Shown: piece by piece, positions 1 through 8,878 of the stretch
Layout of the letters: each line of letters opens with the position of its first letter
How positions within the stretch are numbered: position 1 is the first letter of the stretch
Assembly (NCBI GenBank): GCA_963727825.1
Contig: CAVSHO010000011.1
Location: 151,854 to 215,853 of the forward strand
Origin: Ignavibacteriota bacterium
Lineage (GTDB): Bacteria > Bacteroidota > Ignavibacteria > UBA10030
Direction of reading: 5' to 3'
Length of the DNA: 64,000 nt
The notes under the pieces: generated by a model
Database searches by the model: none
Seen by the model: only the letters and a program-made list of their open reading frames with translations
What the model was told of the DNA's origin: nothing
Made by a program: the position numbers and the translations under genes

Positions 1-488
1 ATTTTCTTTTCTTCAAATTCTTTCCAAATCAAACCATCAAGAACGTATGAAAATGTGATTGAAAAGGCGTTTTGAGAACGACCAATTGAATTTAAATATG
101 AAACTATATCTTTTATATCTTTTTCAATAAGAGGTATTATTTTATCAGCTATCTGTTTTGATTGGATTCTCAACTGATTGGTTTGATTTTCATCAAGAAT
201 AGGAATGTTTGAATAATATTTATTATTTTCTTGCCGAATAAGATTATAAATCTTCAATAACTTTAATTGGCTGTCCGTATATGGTATATGAAGGCTGTCT
301 AAACCTTTTTTGCTTAATCCGTTAGAGAATAACATTGTCAATTGCAAATTATTATCACGTGATATTACCCATTGCGGGGTCTCCCTACCAGAACAATAAC
401 AGGTCATATCATAATTATTAGGATTTATTTGACCCATTAATTCTCCGCAATAGAGTATCATATTTAAAATTAGTAATTTGTGTTTCAT
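1..488 (-). CDS. hypothetical protein; C-terminal part lies beyond the left window edge (ORF absent from supplied track)
   Basis: Own reverse-complement translation: ATG at 486-488, then 162 sense codons with no stop down to position 1 (MKHKLLILNMILYCGELMGQINPNNYDMTCYC...). Hydrophobic N-terminus. No family recognised. Confidence 0.4.
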   Translation of the reverse strand, partial: MKHKLLILNMILYCGELMGQINPNNYDMTCYCSGRETPQWVISRDNNLQLTMLFSNGLSKKGLDSLHIPYTDSQLKLLKIYNLIRQENNKYYSNIPILDENQTNQLRIQSKQIADKIIPLIEKDIKDIVSYLNSIGRSQNAFSITFSYVLDGLIWKEFEEKK

Positions 489-720
489 TGTGTCTGTTTT
501 TTTAAAAATTACCACCAACGTCCTGGTGCTAAGCTGCGGCGCTGATAGCTTTCCAATTGAATGAATTTAGAAACAGAAATTAGTACAAATAAAATCATAT
601 GCTTCAATATAGCTCTCCGTTGGTATTGCGAGTGATTTTAAGTAGCGGTAGAAAGTTAGGTATTAGAGAAGAAAAACGCAAACTAAAGATATAAGAAAGG
701 TTGTAAGATATGAACCAGAG

Positions 721-1770
721 TTAGAACTGTATCTTATTTACAGAAGAAACGAGAGTGCTTGGCAACAAGTGGCTATACGTATTCGCTGTAAGATTGACAC
801 TGCTATGCCCCAGTATCTTTTGAATCTCAAATATAGAAACTCCGCTGGCACATAGTAATGAAGCAGCTGAGTGTCTCGTAGAGTGAAAATGTAAATCTTC
901 ATTCAGTTCTGCATCTCTCACACACTTCTTAAAGTATCTGCTCACGTAACTTGCCTCGTATTTATATGTGCCCTTGTTGAAAACATACTCTCCCATTTGT
1001 GCTCGTTTCTGTAATACAGATTTAACCAAGTCGTGCATCGGCACTATTCTATTTTTGCCAGTCTTTGTTTGAAAAAGTTCATCGTTTATAATTTGAATGA
1101 CCGATGCCTGGAAATCTATTTGATGCCATCTTAAATTCACAATTTCCGAAAGTCTTAGCCCAGTGAGACAAGCAACAAGATACAAGTGTTTTAAAGTATC
1201 ATTCTTTACGACAGCCAGCAACTTCTCAATATCTCCCTTTTTCATAAACGATATTCTCCGTTCGGCTTGTTTCACTTGTTGTGAATGTCTAAACGGATTC
1301 TTTAGCAGATATCCATTATTCACAGCGCATTGAAAAACTGACTTCATAGCCCGATAATACATATTGACAGTAGTTGCGCTTTTCTTTTTCTGCAGGCAGT
1401 GGTTTTTGAATCGTTCAACGTCTTCCAAAGTGTATTGACTCAACAACTTGTCACCAGTCGCGGCAAGAAAATATCTCTGCGCTGAATTGTGTATCTCAAC
1501 TGTTTTGAATCGTAACAGACTAGATTTGAGTGATAAATACAAGCCGTAAAAAGAAGAAAGCGTGTGCATCACTGACATTGGTTCAACTGTATCTACTTTT
1601 TCATTTCTTATAAATGAAAGTGCGTCATTTTTCTTTTTACAGTGAGTAGATTTCCATTGAATCTTGCCGGTAGAATTTTTAATACCATAATAGTAAATCT
1701 TATTTTCAGAGCGTCTATTAAAATAAACCTTTGACATTATGAACTCCTTTCGTGATTGAAAAGAGCCCAT
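721..1770 (-). CDS. tyrosine-type site-specific integrase (phage integrase family)
   Basis: C-terminal catalytic region HSTRHSAASLL...GHSSVNLTANTYSHL (R-H-R-Y type). N-terminal motif YYYG..STHCKKKNDALSF is shared with the integrase at 4757. The more likely start is MSKVYF at 1737. Confidence 0.85.
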   Translation of the reverse strand: MGSFQSRKEFIMSKVYFNRRSENKIYYYGIKNSTGKIQWKSTHCKKKNDALSFIRNEKVDTVEPMSVMHTLSSFYGLYLSLKSSLLRFKTVEIHNSAQRYFLAATGDKLLSQYTLEDVERFKNHCLQKKKSATTVNMYYRAMKSVFQCAVNNGYLLKNPFRHSQQVKQAERRISFMKKGDIEKLLAVVKNDTLKHLYLVACLTGLRLSEIVNLRWHQIDFQASVIQIINDELFQTKTGKNRIVPMHDLVKSVLQKRAQMGEYVFNKGTYKYEASYVSRYFKKCVRDAELNEDLHFHSTRHSAASLLCASGVSIFEIQKILGHSSVNLTANTYSHLLPSTLVSSVNKIQF

Positions 1771-1866
1771 ATACGGTGTATATAAACTGTATATCTTTTA
1801 CGAGAGATTCAGAAAATCAAACTTGAAATAGAAGTCTAAAACCATTATATTATCTTATAATTTAAC

Positions 1867-1941
1867 GGGGTCGTAGCTCAGCTTGGTTAGAGCGCCTGCC
1901 TGTCACGCAGGAGGTCGCGAGTTCGATCCTCGTCGGCCCCG
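1867..1941 (+). tRNA. tRNA-Asp (anticodon GTC)
   Basis: Hand-folded cloverleaf: acceptor GGGGTCG/CGGCCCC, D arm GCTC..GAGC, anticodon stem CCTGC/GCAGG with loop CTGTCAC, T arm GCGAG-TTCGATC-CTCGT, discriminator G. No CCA is encoded. Confidence 0.93.
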
Positions 1942-1943
1942 CA

Positions 1944-1981
1944 GAAATGGAAAACCCCTTTATGGGGTTTTTTCATTTCTG
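1944..1981. terminator. long near-perfect hairpin with flanking A/T runs directly after tRNA-Asp
   Basis: AGAAATGGAAAACCCC-TTTAT-GGGGTTTTTTCATTTCT; a symmetric stem with a T-run. Confidence 0.7.
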
Positions 1982-1998
1982 TACCAGACACGAGAATG

Positions 1999-2075
1999 TG
2001 TCTCGCCTGTCCCGCCGCTTTTGGGCGGGATCGGCCCCGCAATAAAAGCCTATCTTATGATGGGCTTTTATTTTT
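1999..2075 (+). repeat. tRNA-3'-end-like scar unit A (hairpin + ATCGGCCCCGCA) followed by its own terminator hairpin
   Basis: CGCCTG-TCCCGCC-GCTTTTG-GGCGGGA-TCGGCCCCGCA ends in the same 12 nt as tRNA-Asp. It is followed by AAAAGCC..GGCTTTT (2044-2070). Confidence 0.55.
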
Positions 2076-2080
2076 ACTAT

Positions 2081-2350
2081 ATGTCTCATTACACGTATAT
2101 CATCCAAAGTCAAACAACCGATACATTCTACATCGGCTCAACACATAATCCTTCCCTACGGCTTCAGCATCACAATAATGGATGGACAAAGTCTACCAAG
2201 TCCGGTATTCCTTGGAAATTAGTTTATCTCGAAGAACATCTCACAAAATCCGACGCTATGCATCGTGAATATGAAATCAAGCGAATGAAAAGCCGTGTTT
2301 ACATCGAGGGACTTATTCGGCACGCAGGAGGTCGTCCCGATGCAACGTAG
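2081..2350 (+). CDS. small GIY-YIG nuclease-family protein (89 aa)
   Basis: YTYIIQS..TFYIGSTHNPSLRLQHHNNG...PWKLVYLEEH...A..REYEIKRMKSR matches the short GIY-YIG (UPF0213-like) pattern. ATG at 2081. The track ORF from 1883 reads through the tRNA and is not credible. Confidence 0.75.
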   Translation: MSHYTYIIQSQTTDTFYIGSTHNPSLRLQHHNNGWTKSTKSGIPWKLVYLEEHLTKSDAMHREYEIKRMKSRVYIEGLIRHAGGRPDAT

Positions 2351-2414
2351 TTGTATCGGGAATCCTCGTCGGCTCCGCATAATAAAAAATCCCCAAATGG
2401 GGATTTTTTATTAT
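2321..2414 (+). repeat. copy of the 3' half of tRNA-Asp (from the anticodon loop) with the T arm replaced by a 27-nt hairpin, plus terminator
   Basis: 2321-2334 is identical to tRNA nt 1904-1917 (CACGCAGGAGGTCG). 2362-2379 matches 1926-1943 at 17 of 18 positions. Inserted hairpin TCCCGAT..ATCGGGA lies at 2335-2361. Terminator AATAAAAAATCCCC-AAAT-GGGGATTTTTTATT lies at 2381-2414. Confidence 0.8.
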
Positions 2415-2440
2415 GTAATAGCCATAAGTTTGTTCATCGC

Positions 2441-2512
2441 CTGTCCCGTTAATCGCCAGATTGACGGGATCGACCCCGTAAAAAACGAGGGTTTTTAACA
2501 CCCTCGTTTTGT
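2441..2512 (+). repeat. tRNA-3'-end-like scar unit C plus terminator hairpin
   Basis: CGCCTG-TCCCGTT..GACGGGA-TCGACCCCGTA is related to unit A. It is followed by AACGAGGGT-TTTTAAC-ACCCTCGTTTT. Confidence 0.5.
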
Positions 2513-2645
2513 TTTATATAAGACCGTCAGTCAATACTCATTTTTAAATGGAAACAATGCATCCTTGGAAATTTGTTGAATCCATGAGACAGGAGCAATC
2601 AGCAATGTTGAAAGTCCCTATCAAATTTGTACAATAATTCCGATC

Positions 2646-4215
2646 CTAATCCAACTCTAACATCACTACACATTTTGCCGGCAGGTTGACGTTGAGTATC
2701 CCTTTCTGTAAATGAGCTCCGGAAAAAGGCTTTATACTCACTTCTTCGGGCTTCCCAAAATCGTTATATGCATTCATTTTTTCAGCAGTAATGATTTCTC
2801 CGGAAACATTTTTCATTGAGGTGCCGAGTAATTCACAGCTTAGTTTCTTTTCTTTCACCGGATCTAAATTTGTTATGCTGATGTGTATCTTTCCGTTTTT
2901 ATCCTTAGACGCTGAAACACTTAACGATTGTATTTTATCGGTTCCGTTAGAGTATTCTTCACTTATTAATTTGATAGGAAGCATTGTTGCTTCCTGATGC
3001 ACTGAATACATTTTGAAGACATAATAGGTTGGAGTTAATACTATTTTGTCACCTTTCGTCAGGATTACAGACTGCAAGACATTTACCATTTGGGCAATGT
3101 TTGCCATCCTGACGCGGTCGCAATGGTTATTGAAAATATTCAGATAGAGCCCAGCCGTCACGGCATCGCGCAGCGTGTTTTGCTGATACAGAAAAGCCGG
3201 ATTGTCGCCCGGTTCTGTATCGAACCAGTTTCCCCATTCATCTGCAGTTAATGCAATTTTCTTTTCTGGGTCATAACGATCCATAATTGCAGAATGCTGA
3301 TTCAGGTTTTCATCAACGACCACAGTCTTTTGCATCGGTACTGAACCATTCACTCTCGTCAAAATTGACCGCTGACCCTTTCTTTGTCCAGTTATGGCAG
3401 ATCGTATAATAATGATAAGAATATCCCTGAATGAGATCGCTGTATTTTTTTGTGGCTTTCATAACGGTCTCTGTCCAATTGAGATCATCCGAAGTACCGC
3501 CTGATAGAATTTTGAATTTGCCCGGACAGAAAGTGGAAAATTGTTTAAAAATATTTGAATAAAACTCTGGGGTCATATTACCACCGCATCCCCAGGTCTC
3601 ATTTCCAATTCCCCAGAATTTCACTTTCCATGGCTCGCTTCGCCCATTGATACGGCGCAGGTTCGCCATCGGACTGTCGTTGTTAGAATTTACATATTCC
3701 ACCCAATCACGTGCTTCTTTTATCGTTCCACTACCAACATTGATGGAAAGGTACGGTTCGGCACCGAGTAATTCACAAAAATCTAAAAATTCATGTGTAC
3801 CAAAGCTATTATCTTCTACAACTCCACCCCAGGTAGTATTGACGAACTTCGGCCTTTTTTCGACTGGACCAATACCGTCCATCCAATGATATGTATCAGC
3901 AAAGCATCCTCCAGGCCAGCGAACAACAGGAACGTGGATGGCTTTCAGAGCATCCAGAACATCATTGCGAATACCGCGCGTATTGGGTATTGGTGAATTT
4001 TTACCTACCCAAATTCCGCCATAAATACATCGGCCTAAATGTTCTGTAAAATGTCCGTAAATATATTTGCTGATTGTTATTTTGCCAGAATCAGCATTTA
4101 CAATCAAAGTATTCGTCGATTGCTGTGCATTAACTTTCAATGTAATAATGAGGATGAGACAGCATAGAGTGATAATCTTTTTCATTATGTCTATATCTCC
4201 GTATTCAAAATTCAT
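2646..4215 (-). CDS. GH51 alpha-L-arabinofuranosidase, secreted; split into two overlapping ORFs by one frameshift (3313-3362) in this assembly
   Basis: N-terminal part: YGHFTEHLGRCIYGGIW, RWPGGCFADTYHWMDGIGP..RP, WGIGNETWGCGG (GH51 catalytic region). C-terminal part looks like the Alpha-L-AF C-terminal domain. Signal peptide MKKIITLCCLILIITLKVNAQ, with probable start at 4185 preceded by GGAG. Total length is 3n+1. Confidence 0.85.
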
Positions 4216-4374
4216 ATAGATAGTATGGATTTTATCCTAATTGTAAATATACATAACATATTAAAATCTTCCTATTAATTCTTAGACTTTTCTGAATTTG
4301 AAACGATAAAAATCAGTTTCTTGCTTCCGTTTTCATCGTTTCGTATATTAGTACATAATTAAGTAAATAATTTT

Positions 4375-4525
4375 GCACCCATAGTTCGAAAATTGCCTGC
4401 GAATGCATTTTATGAGCAGAAGCAATTTTCAGAATCTCCCGCTTTTCAGGATTCCGCTTTTGAAGCGGGATTCAAAAAGCGGAACCGCCGGTATTTGGCG
4501 GGACTTAATAATATTGTATTAGTTT
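4375..4525 (+). repeat. decayed unit 1: tRNA-Arg 5' end (GCACCCATAG) followed by two hairpins
   Basis: TTTGCACCCATAG recurs at 4372, 4523 and 4622. Hairpin GAAAATTGC(4388-4396)/GCAATTTTC(4422-4430), then GAATCTCCCGCTT..AAGCGGGATTC. Confidence 0.6.
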
Positions 4526-4624
4526 GCACCCATAGCTTCCAAATCGGCCTGCGAGTGCAACGAGCAGCAGCCGATTTGAGAATCCCGTTGAACGAAGTGA
4601 TAACGGGATCTTAATTTGATCTTT
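4526..4624 (+). repeat. decayed unit 2: tRNA-Arg 5' end (GCACCCATAGCT) followed by two hairpins homologous to unit 1
   Basis: Hairpins AAATCGGC(4541-4548)/GCCGATTT(4570-4577) and ATCCCGTT(4582-4589)/AACGGGAT(4602-4609). The loop motif CCTGCGA(A/G)TGCA is conserved with unit 1, while the stems differ in a compensatory way. Confidence 0.6.
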
Positions 4625-4679
4625 GCACCCATAGCTCAATTGGATAGAGCGGCAGCCTACGGAGCTGTAGGTTGGGGGT
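4625..4679 (+). repeat. attL-like truncated copy of tRNA-Arg(ACG), nt 1-55
   Basis: Exact 55-nt match to 10686-10740. The copy ends in the T arm and lacks TCGACTCCCTCTGGGTGCA. Confidence 0.85.
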
Positions 4680-4756
4680 AAAAAGCTTTCAAAACATTTC
4701 AATTTCTACATTTCCTTCCTTCGTGGGTACTAATTTGGTGACCTTCTGCCTCAGAA

Positions 4757-5839
4757 ATGGGGTTTCCAATGTTCCTCTCCAAACATTCCAACGGTACCTA
4801 TTATCTGTATTATTCCAACGAACAAGGCAAGAGAAAAAAGGTATCTACTCATTGCCAATATAAAACCGATGCGCTCCAGTTTCTGCAATCGTTCAAAAGT
4901 GATGAACACGAACGGAGACAAAAAGCAAAGCATAAACTACTTTCAGAACTCCAGAATGATTTTCTTCCTTATGCAGATGCTAACTTTAGCAAGGGAACGG
5001 TAGATATTTACAAAGCAGCACTAAAGAACTTTGTTTGCATTGTCGGTGATTTACCACTTTCATCATACACTCCTCAGCACTTCGATACTTACAAAACAGA
5101 GAGACAAAAACCTGTCAAGGTGGTAACGGTCAAAGATGGACATAAAGCAGAGACAGAGAAGATTGTAAAGCCAGTAACTGTAAACATCGAACTCCGGACG
5201 TTGAGGGCTTTCTTCAACACAGCTGTAAGGTGGAGACTACTCGAAAGCAATCCATTCAAAATTCAACTCGTAAAGATACCGGAGAATAAGCCAACATTCC
5301 TCACAAAGGAAGAATTTCAAAAGCTTCTTAATGTGATTGAAGAACATTGGTTGAAGGAAATCATTATCTTTGCAGTAAGCACCGGATTGCGTAGAGGCGA
5401 ATTAGTGAACCTAAAATGGAATTGTATAGACCTCAGCCGAAAGTTGCTGTATATCGAAAGCACTCCCACGTTTCGCACGAAGTCCGGTAAAATGAGAATA
5501 ATACCGTTGAACGATACAGCTCTCTACATATTGCAAGCAAAGCAAGGAAAAGATACTTCTGAATATGTTTTTTCGATGAACGGCAAGCAAATCTTTGCCG
5601 ATTGGATTACGCACTTGTTCAAGCGGTATGTGAGACTTGCGAACCTCAGCAATCAGGATATACATTTTCATTCACTCCGGCACTCGTTTGCTTCTTGGCT
5701 TGCTCAGGACGGTACTTCTGTTTATGTGATTAAAGACTTGCTCGGACATTCAGACGTAAAAACAACTCAGATATATAGCCATTTACAACCTGAGAGTTTA
5801 CATAAAGAAGTGAATAGGATTTCGATACTTATGAATTGA
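4757..5839 (+). CDS. tyrosine-type site-specific integrase
   Basis: HSLRHSFASWLAQDG...LLGHSDVKTTQIYSHL. N-terminal YYLYYS..STHCQYKTDALQF is paralogous to the integrase at 721-1770. Confidence 0.88.
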   Translation: MGFPMFLSKHSNGTYYLYYSNEQGKRKKVSTHCQYKTDALQFLQSFKSDEHERRQKAKHKLLSELQNDFLPYADANFSKGTVDIYKAALKNFVCIVGDLPLSSYTPQHFDTYKTERQKPVKVVTVKDGHKAETEKIVKPVTVNIELRTLRAFFNTAVRWRLLESNPFKIQLVKIPENKPTFLTKEEFQKLLNVIEEHWLKEIIIFAVSTGLRRGELVNLKWNCIDLSRKLLYIESTPTFRTKSGKMRIIPLNDTALYILQAKQGKDTSEYVFSMNGKQIFADWITHLFKRYVRLANLSNQDIHFHSLRHSFASWLAQDGTSVYVIKDLLGHSDVKTTQIYSHLQPESLHKEVNRISILMN

Positions 5840-5879
5840 ATGTGTTTTGAATAATAAATAAAAGAGCGTCGGTAGTGTC

Positions 5880-6029
5880 TTAATTTGGATGTGATGGAGG
5901 TGGAAAAATATCATCAATTAATGGTCTAAGCACATATCCAGCGGCAAGACCAACAATAAGTAATTGTCCACCCGATGGAAGAAAAAAGAATATAATAACG
6001 AGAATAATAAATATTACCATTTTTGCCAT
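5880..6029 (-). CDS. small hydrophobic protein (49 aa), hypothetical
   Basis: MAKMVIFIILVIIFFFLPSGGQLLIVGLAAGYV...; GGAG lies 8 nt upstream of the ATG at 6029. The longer track ORF (to 6164) has no support. Confidence 0.3.
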   Translation of the reverse strand: MAKMVIFIILVIIFFFLPSGGQLLIVGLAAGYVLRPLIDDIFPPPSHPN

Positions 6030-6298
6030 TTTAATTTCTCCATAGACACTATTATGCGGCTTTCTTATTTTATCGTTTGACAACCAGCAACTCAAACTGA
6101 CGCAGACCACATTGAAGGTACTGACTGCTGTTGGCAATGGCAATGAATAAATATCATCAATCATAACACAGATGGCTCAATACGACTAGGAACAATTCAA
6201 TTGTTTGTTGGGATTATTGGGATTTTTAAGAAAAACAACATCCATTAATACCATCAAGATGGTAGTATCAGATTAGGTACAATGCGAGTGTTTTATCT

Positions 6299-6910
6299 TT
6301 ACCCAAAATTATTTCTTAATATTTTAATAAAATATCCAAGAAAGTTACCAGATAGCTTTCTTTCTTTCCATTGACTAAGTCCTGCGTTAAATGCTTCTTT
6401 TATTTTACCTTCTTCATACTTATCAATTACGTTAGAGAAGAATTTTCTAAAAGCGAATTCATCAAATTCTACTGCTTCTATTTTTAATATTTCCACCATT
6501 TGATCGATAATAACATTATTTCCATTATTAACATTATTGTTTGTCACCGTTTTGTTCTCCGTCTGCTCTCCGTTCTGCTCTCCACCAATTTGATACCGTT
6601 TCCAATTTCGTATTGATATTATTGTGGTTACGTTATCAATTTTGGTATCCACCATTTGCCGTGTTTCGAGATACGTAAGAAATTTTCTCACTGTTTTGAA
6701 ATCCCATTTCCACCTATCCGCGAGAGATAATTGAGAATAGCATAATTCACCTGGCGTAATATGGATTTCATTACCGCGAATAATTACCATGTGCTCCCTA
6801 TGGCTTGCCAATAATAGTAAATCTATCCAGGCTTGCAATCGTGTAAAACGTTCGCTGAAATAAAGATCGTTCTCCATTATCTGGCGATGTAATTTTATAT
6901 ATCCTTGCAT
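6299..6910 (-). CDS. replication-initiator / helicase-loader-like protein (N-terminal winged-helix type), hypothetical
   Basis: N-terminus GYIKLHRQIMENDLY...WIDLLLLA...ITPGEL resembles phage/plasmid replisome-organiser N-termini. It sits immediately downstream of the DnaB-like gene. Assignment is from recall only. Confidence 0.4.
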   Translation of the reverse strand: MQGYIKLHRQIMENDLYFSERFTRLQAWIDLLLLASHREHMVIIRGNEIHITPGELCYSQLSLADRWKWDFKTVRKFLTYLETRQMVDTKIDNVTTIISIRNWKRYQIGGEQNGEQTENKTVTNNNVNNGNNVIIDQMVEILKIEAVEFDEFAFRKFFSNVIDKYEEGKIKEAFNAGLSQWKERKLSGNFLGYFIKILRNNFG

Positions 6911-6914
6911 AAAA

Positions 6915-8270
6915 TCAGACGAGGTATTGTTTAGGTGACCAAGATTTAGATTGATAATCTCGAATTTCGGTTTCTTTCAAAGTTAAGGTTTCTGGGTTAA
7001 ATAATAGACCAACTTTGTTATTTGTCAAATTCAAATTACGTCCCCATTCTACAAATAGCTCGATATAAGATGGTTCTTCTTCAATCGGCTTCCATAAAAA
7101 TATTCCGCAATCAGCATCATTAAAAAGTCTACCTGTGTCTCTGATGTCGGATGGAGAGGGTTTCCTATCAATCCTCATTCCTATTTGTTTACTTAAAACA
7201 GCCGCGATAAGAATTATTGGAATAGATAAATCAGTGGCTAGACCCTTCAACCTGCTAACAAAGGCATTAATCTCGTTTACTCTGTCCTTATTTGCGACCT
7301 CAATTAATTGCAAATAATCAATGATGAGTAATTTTATTTTTTTCTCATGAAACATCTTTTGTGCAATAATAAATACTTTCTCTGGATTTGCTGAACCATC
7401 CCGAATAATCAAATCTTTCCCTTTTGATGTTTCTTGGAACTGGAGTAAACGGGTCAGACGATCCATAGGGTTCTGACCACTATGTACTCCTGCATATCGT
7501 TTTGCAATGTCAACGGCACGCATTTCCATTGAAATAATTCCAACAGAATGTCCCTGAGTTGAGTTATAATATCCAATTTGGTTAGATAAAAAAGATTTGC
7601 CAATTTTGGCTTCAGCTGCAATACAATATAGACTACCCTGTTCAAAGCCATGAATGATTTTATCCAGCTTTGATATACCAGATGGAAGTCTTACAATTTC
7701 ACCTGTAATCTCTTTCTCTGTTTCGTTGATCGCTTCGATAGTAGCATCATCAAGGGTTATATATCCTTTCAGATCATGATCTTTCACGGCAAAGGAAATT
7801 AATTCTTGTGTTGCTAATTCAATTATAGTGCTAATTTCTTTCCCATCATTTATCTCTTTATTGATATGGAGAAGTAATGTCCTCAATTGTGTTTTTCGAG
7901 CTTCCTCTTGAAGAAAACGACAATTAGCTGATAAGCTATTATGAACACCTTCCTTTGTAATAAGTGTCGAGAGTTCAACGCTTCGTAGAACTAGATACTC
8001 CAGAACCTGTCGTTCATCAATAAATTCAGGATATATTTTTAAGTAGTGAGACAACATCAAACTATTCTGTTGTAAATAATTTTGTACTTCAATAAGATTA
8101 ACTTCTTTTTGTAGTTCTACTAAGGCTTTGCACACTCCAAAGAGAATAGCACAATCGTGTTGCAGAAAATCTGTTTCATTAATAACCGTATCAGCTTTAA
8201 GTACCGATGAGTTACCCTTGTAGAGTAACTCACCGATAATTTCTTCTTCAACTAGCTTTCTTGTGATCAT
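6915..8270 (-). CDS. DnaB-family replicative helicase (element-encoded)
   Basis: Walker A-like AAEAKIGKSFL, Walker B/DnaB motif LLIIDYLQLI, RDTGRLFNDAD; 451 aa. Confidence 0.75.
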   Translation of the reverse strand: MITRKLVEEEIIGELLYKGNSSVLKADTVINETDFLQHDCAILFGVCKALVELQKEVNLIEVQNYLQQNSLMLSHYLKIYPEFIDERQVLEYLVLRSVELSTLITKEGVHNSLSANCRFLQEEARKTQLRTLLLHINKEINDGKEISTIIELATQELISFAVKDHDLKGYITLDDATIEAINETEKEITGEIVRLPSGISKLDKIIHGFEQGSLYCIAAEAKIGKSFLSNQIGYYNSTQGHSVGIISMEMRAVDIAKRYAGVHSGQNPMDRLTRLLQFQETSKGKDLIIRDGSANPEKVFIIAQKMFHEKKIKLLIIDYLQLIEVANKDRVNEINAFVSRLKGLATDLSIPIILIAAVLSKQIGMRIDRKPSPSDIRDTGRLFNDADCGIFLWKPIEEEPSYIELFVEWGRNLNLTNNKVGLLFNPETLTLKETEIRDYQSKSWSPKQYLV

Positions 8271-8290
8271 ATATATCCTTGGAATTGTTA

Positions 8291-8714
8291 TCAGGTACTG
8301 AAAGAAATTTCTATAGTTGTACTTACAGTTGGAGATAAGGGTTTATTCGGTTGTTCTTCTGTAGATATTTCTATCCCAAATTCAGATATTGAAAGGAATA
8401 TCTGGCGTTCGAGATGGTTATCTTTGAAGTGAAGGAACTTCCCTTTTTCTAGTATATGTATTCTCGTTGTAACAAGCGGTTTAGAAAAGGGGATATGTAC
8501 TACAACAAACTTAAATGTACCTGTACTTCATCAAGTCATAATTAAAACCGTAACTACCTCCAAATTGCCGGTACTTATGCCGATCCGGATTGCGTTCACA
8601 GTAAAACGCAATACCCTGAATGCGTCCTAAAATCCGATGACTTTTATATTTTTTATCAGGTAGTAAAAGATGGACTGTTCCATTGGGAGCAATTCTAATA
8701 TTAGATGTAAACAT
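8291..8714 (-). CDS. hypothetical protein, probably ~139 aa; the 67-aa track ORF continues in another frame after a 1-nt indel at an A3/T3 run (8513-8515)
   Basis: The downstream frame (8294-8527) is open for 78 codons with no ATG/GTG/TTG. Removing one base of the run gives ...LMKYRYIKFVVVHIPFSKPL.... Length is 3n+1. Confidence 0.35.
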
Positions 8715-8878
8715 TGTATAACTCCTAAAAATAGAAAACCGCTGAAGGGAAATTATGATGAAAAACCCTCAACGGTCTCTTATTTCCAATATGTAAGTAT
8801 TTTAGTATCATAATTTATTTTGATACAAGATACTTCCACGAGGAAGACTTAACTATTTTATAAATAAATTTAAGTTTT

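Noticed and set aside
1883-2080. N-terminal 66 aa of track ORF 1883-2350 (MVRAPACHAGGREFDPRRP...).
   Set aside because: This part is a translation of the tRNA-Asp gene, its terminator and scar unit A. Only the portion from the ATG at 2081 has GIY-YIG character.
2295-2501. Track ORFs 2295-2498 (+) and 2313-2501 (-).
   Set aside because: They lie over tRNA-derived repeats and terminator hairpins and mirror each other on both strands. They have no coding features.
4393-4702. Track ORFs 4393-4614 (+) and 4505-4702 (-), and likewise 10344-10592 and 10638-10826 (-).
   Set aside because: They overlap tRNA-Arg sequence, its partial copies or hairpin repeats. 10638-10826 reads straight through the tRNA gene. 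No RBS or family signal was seen.
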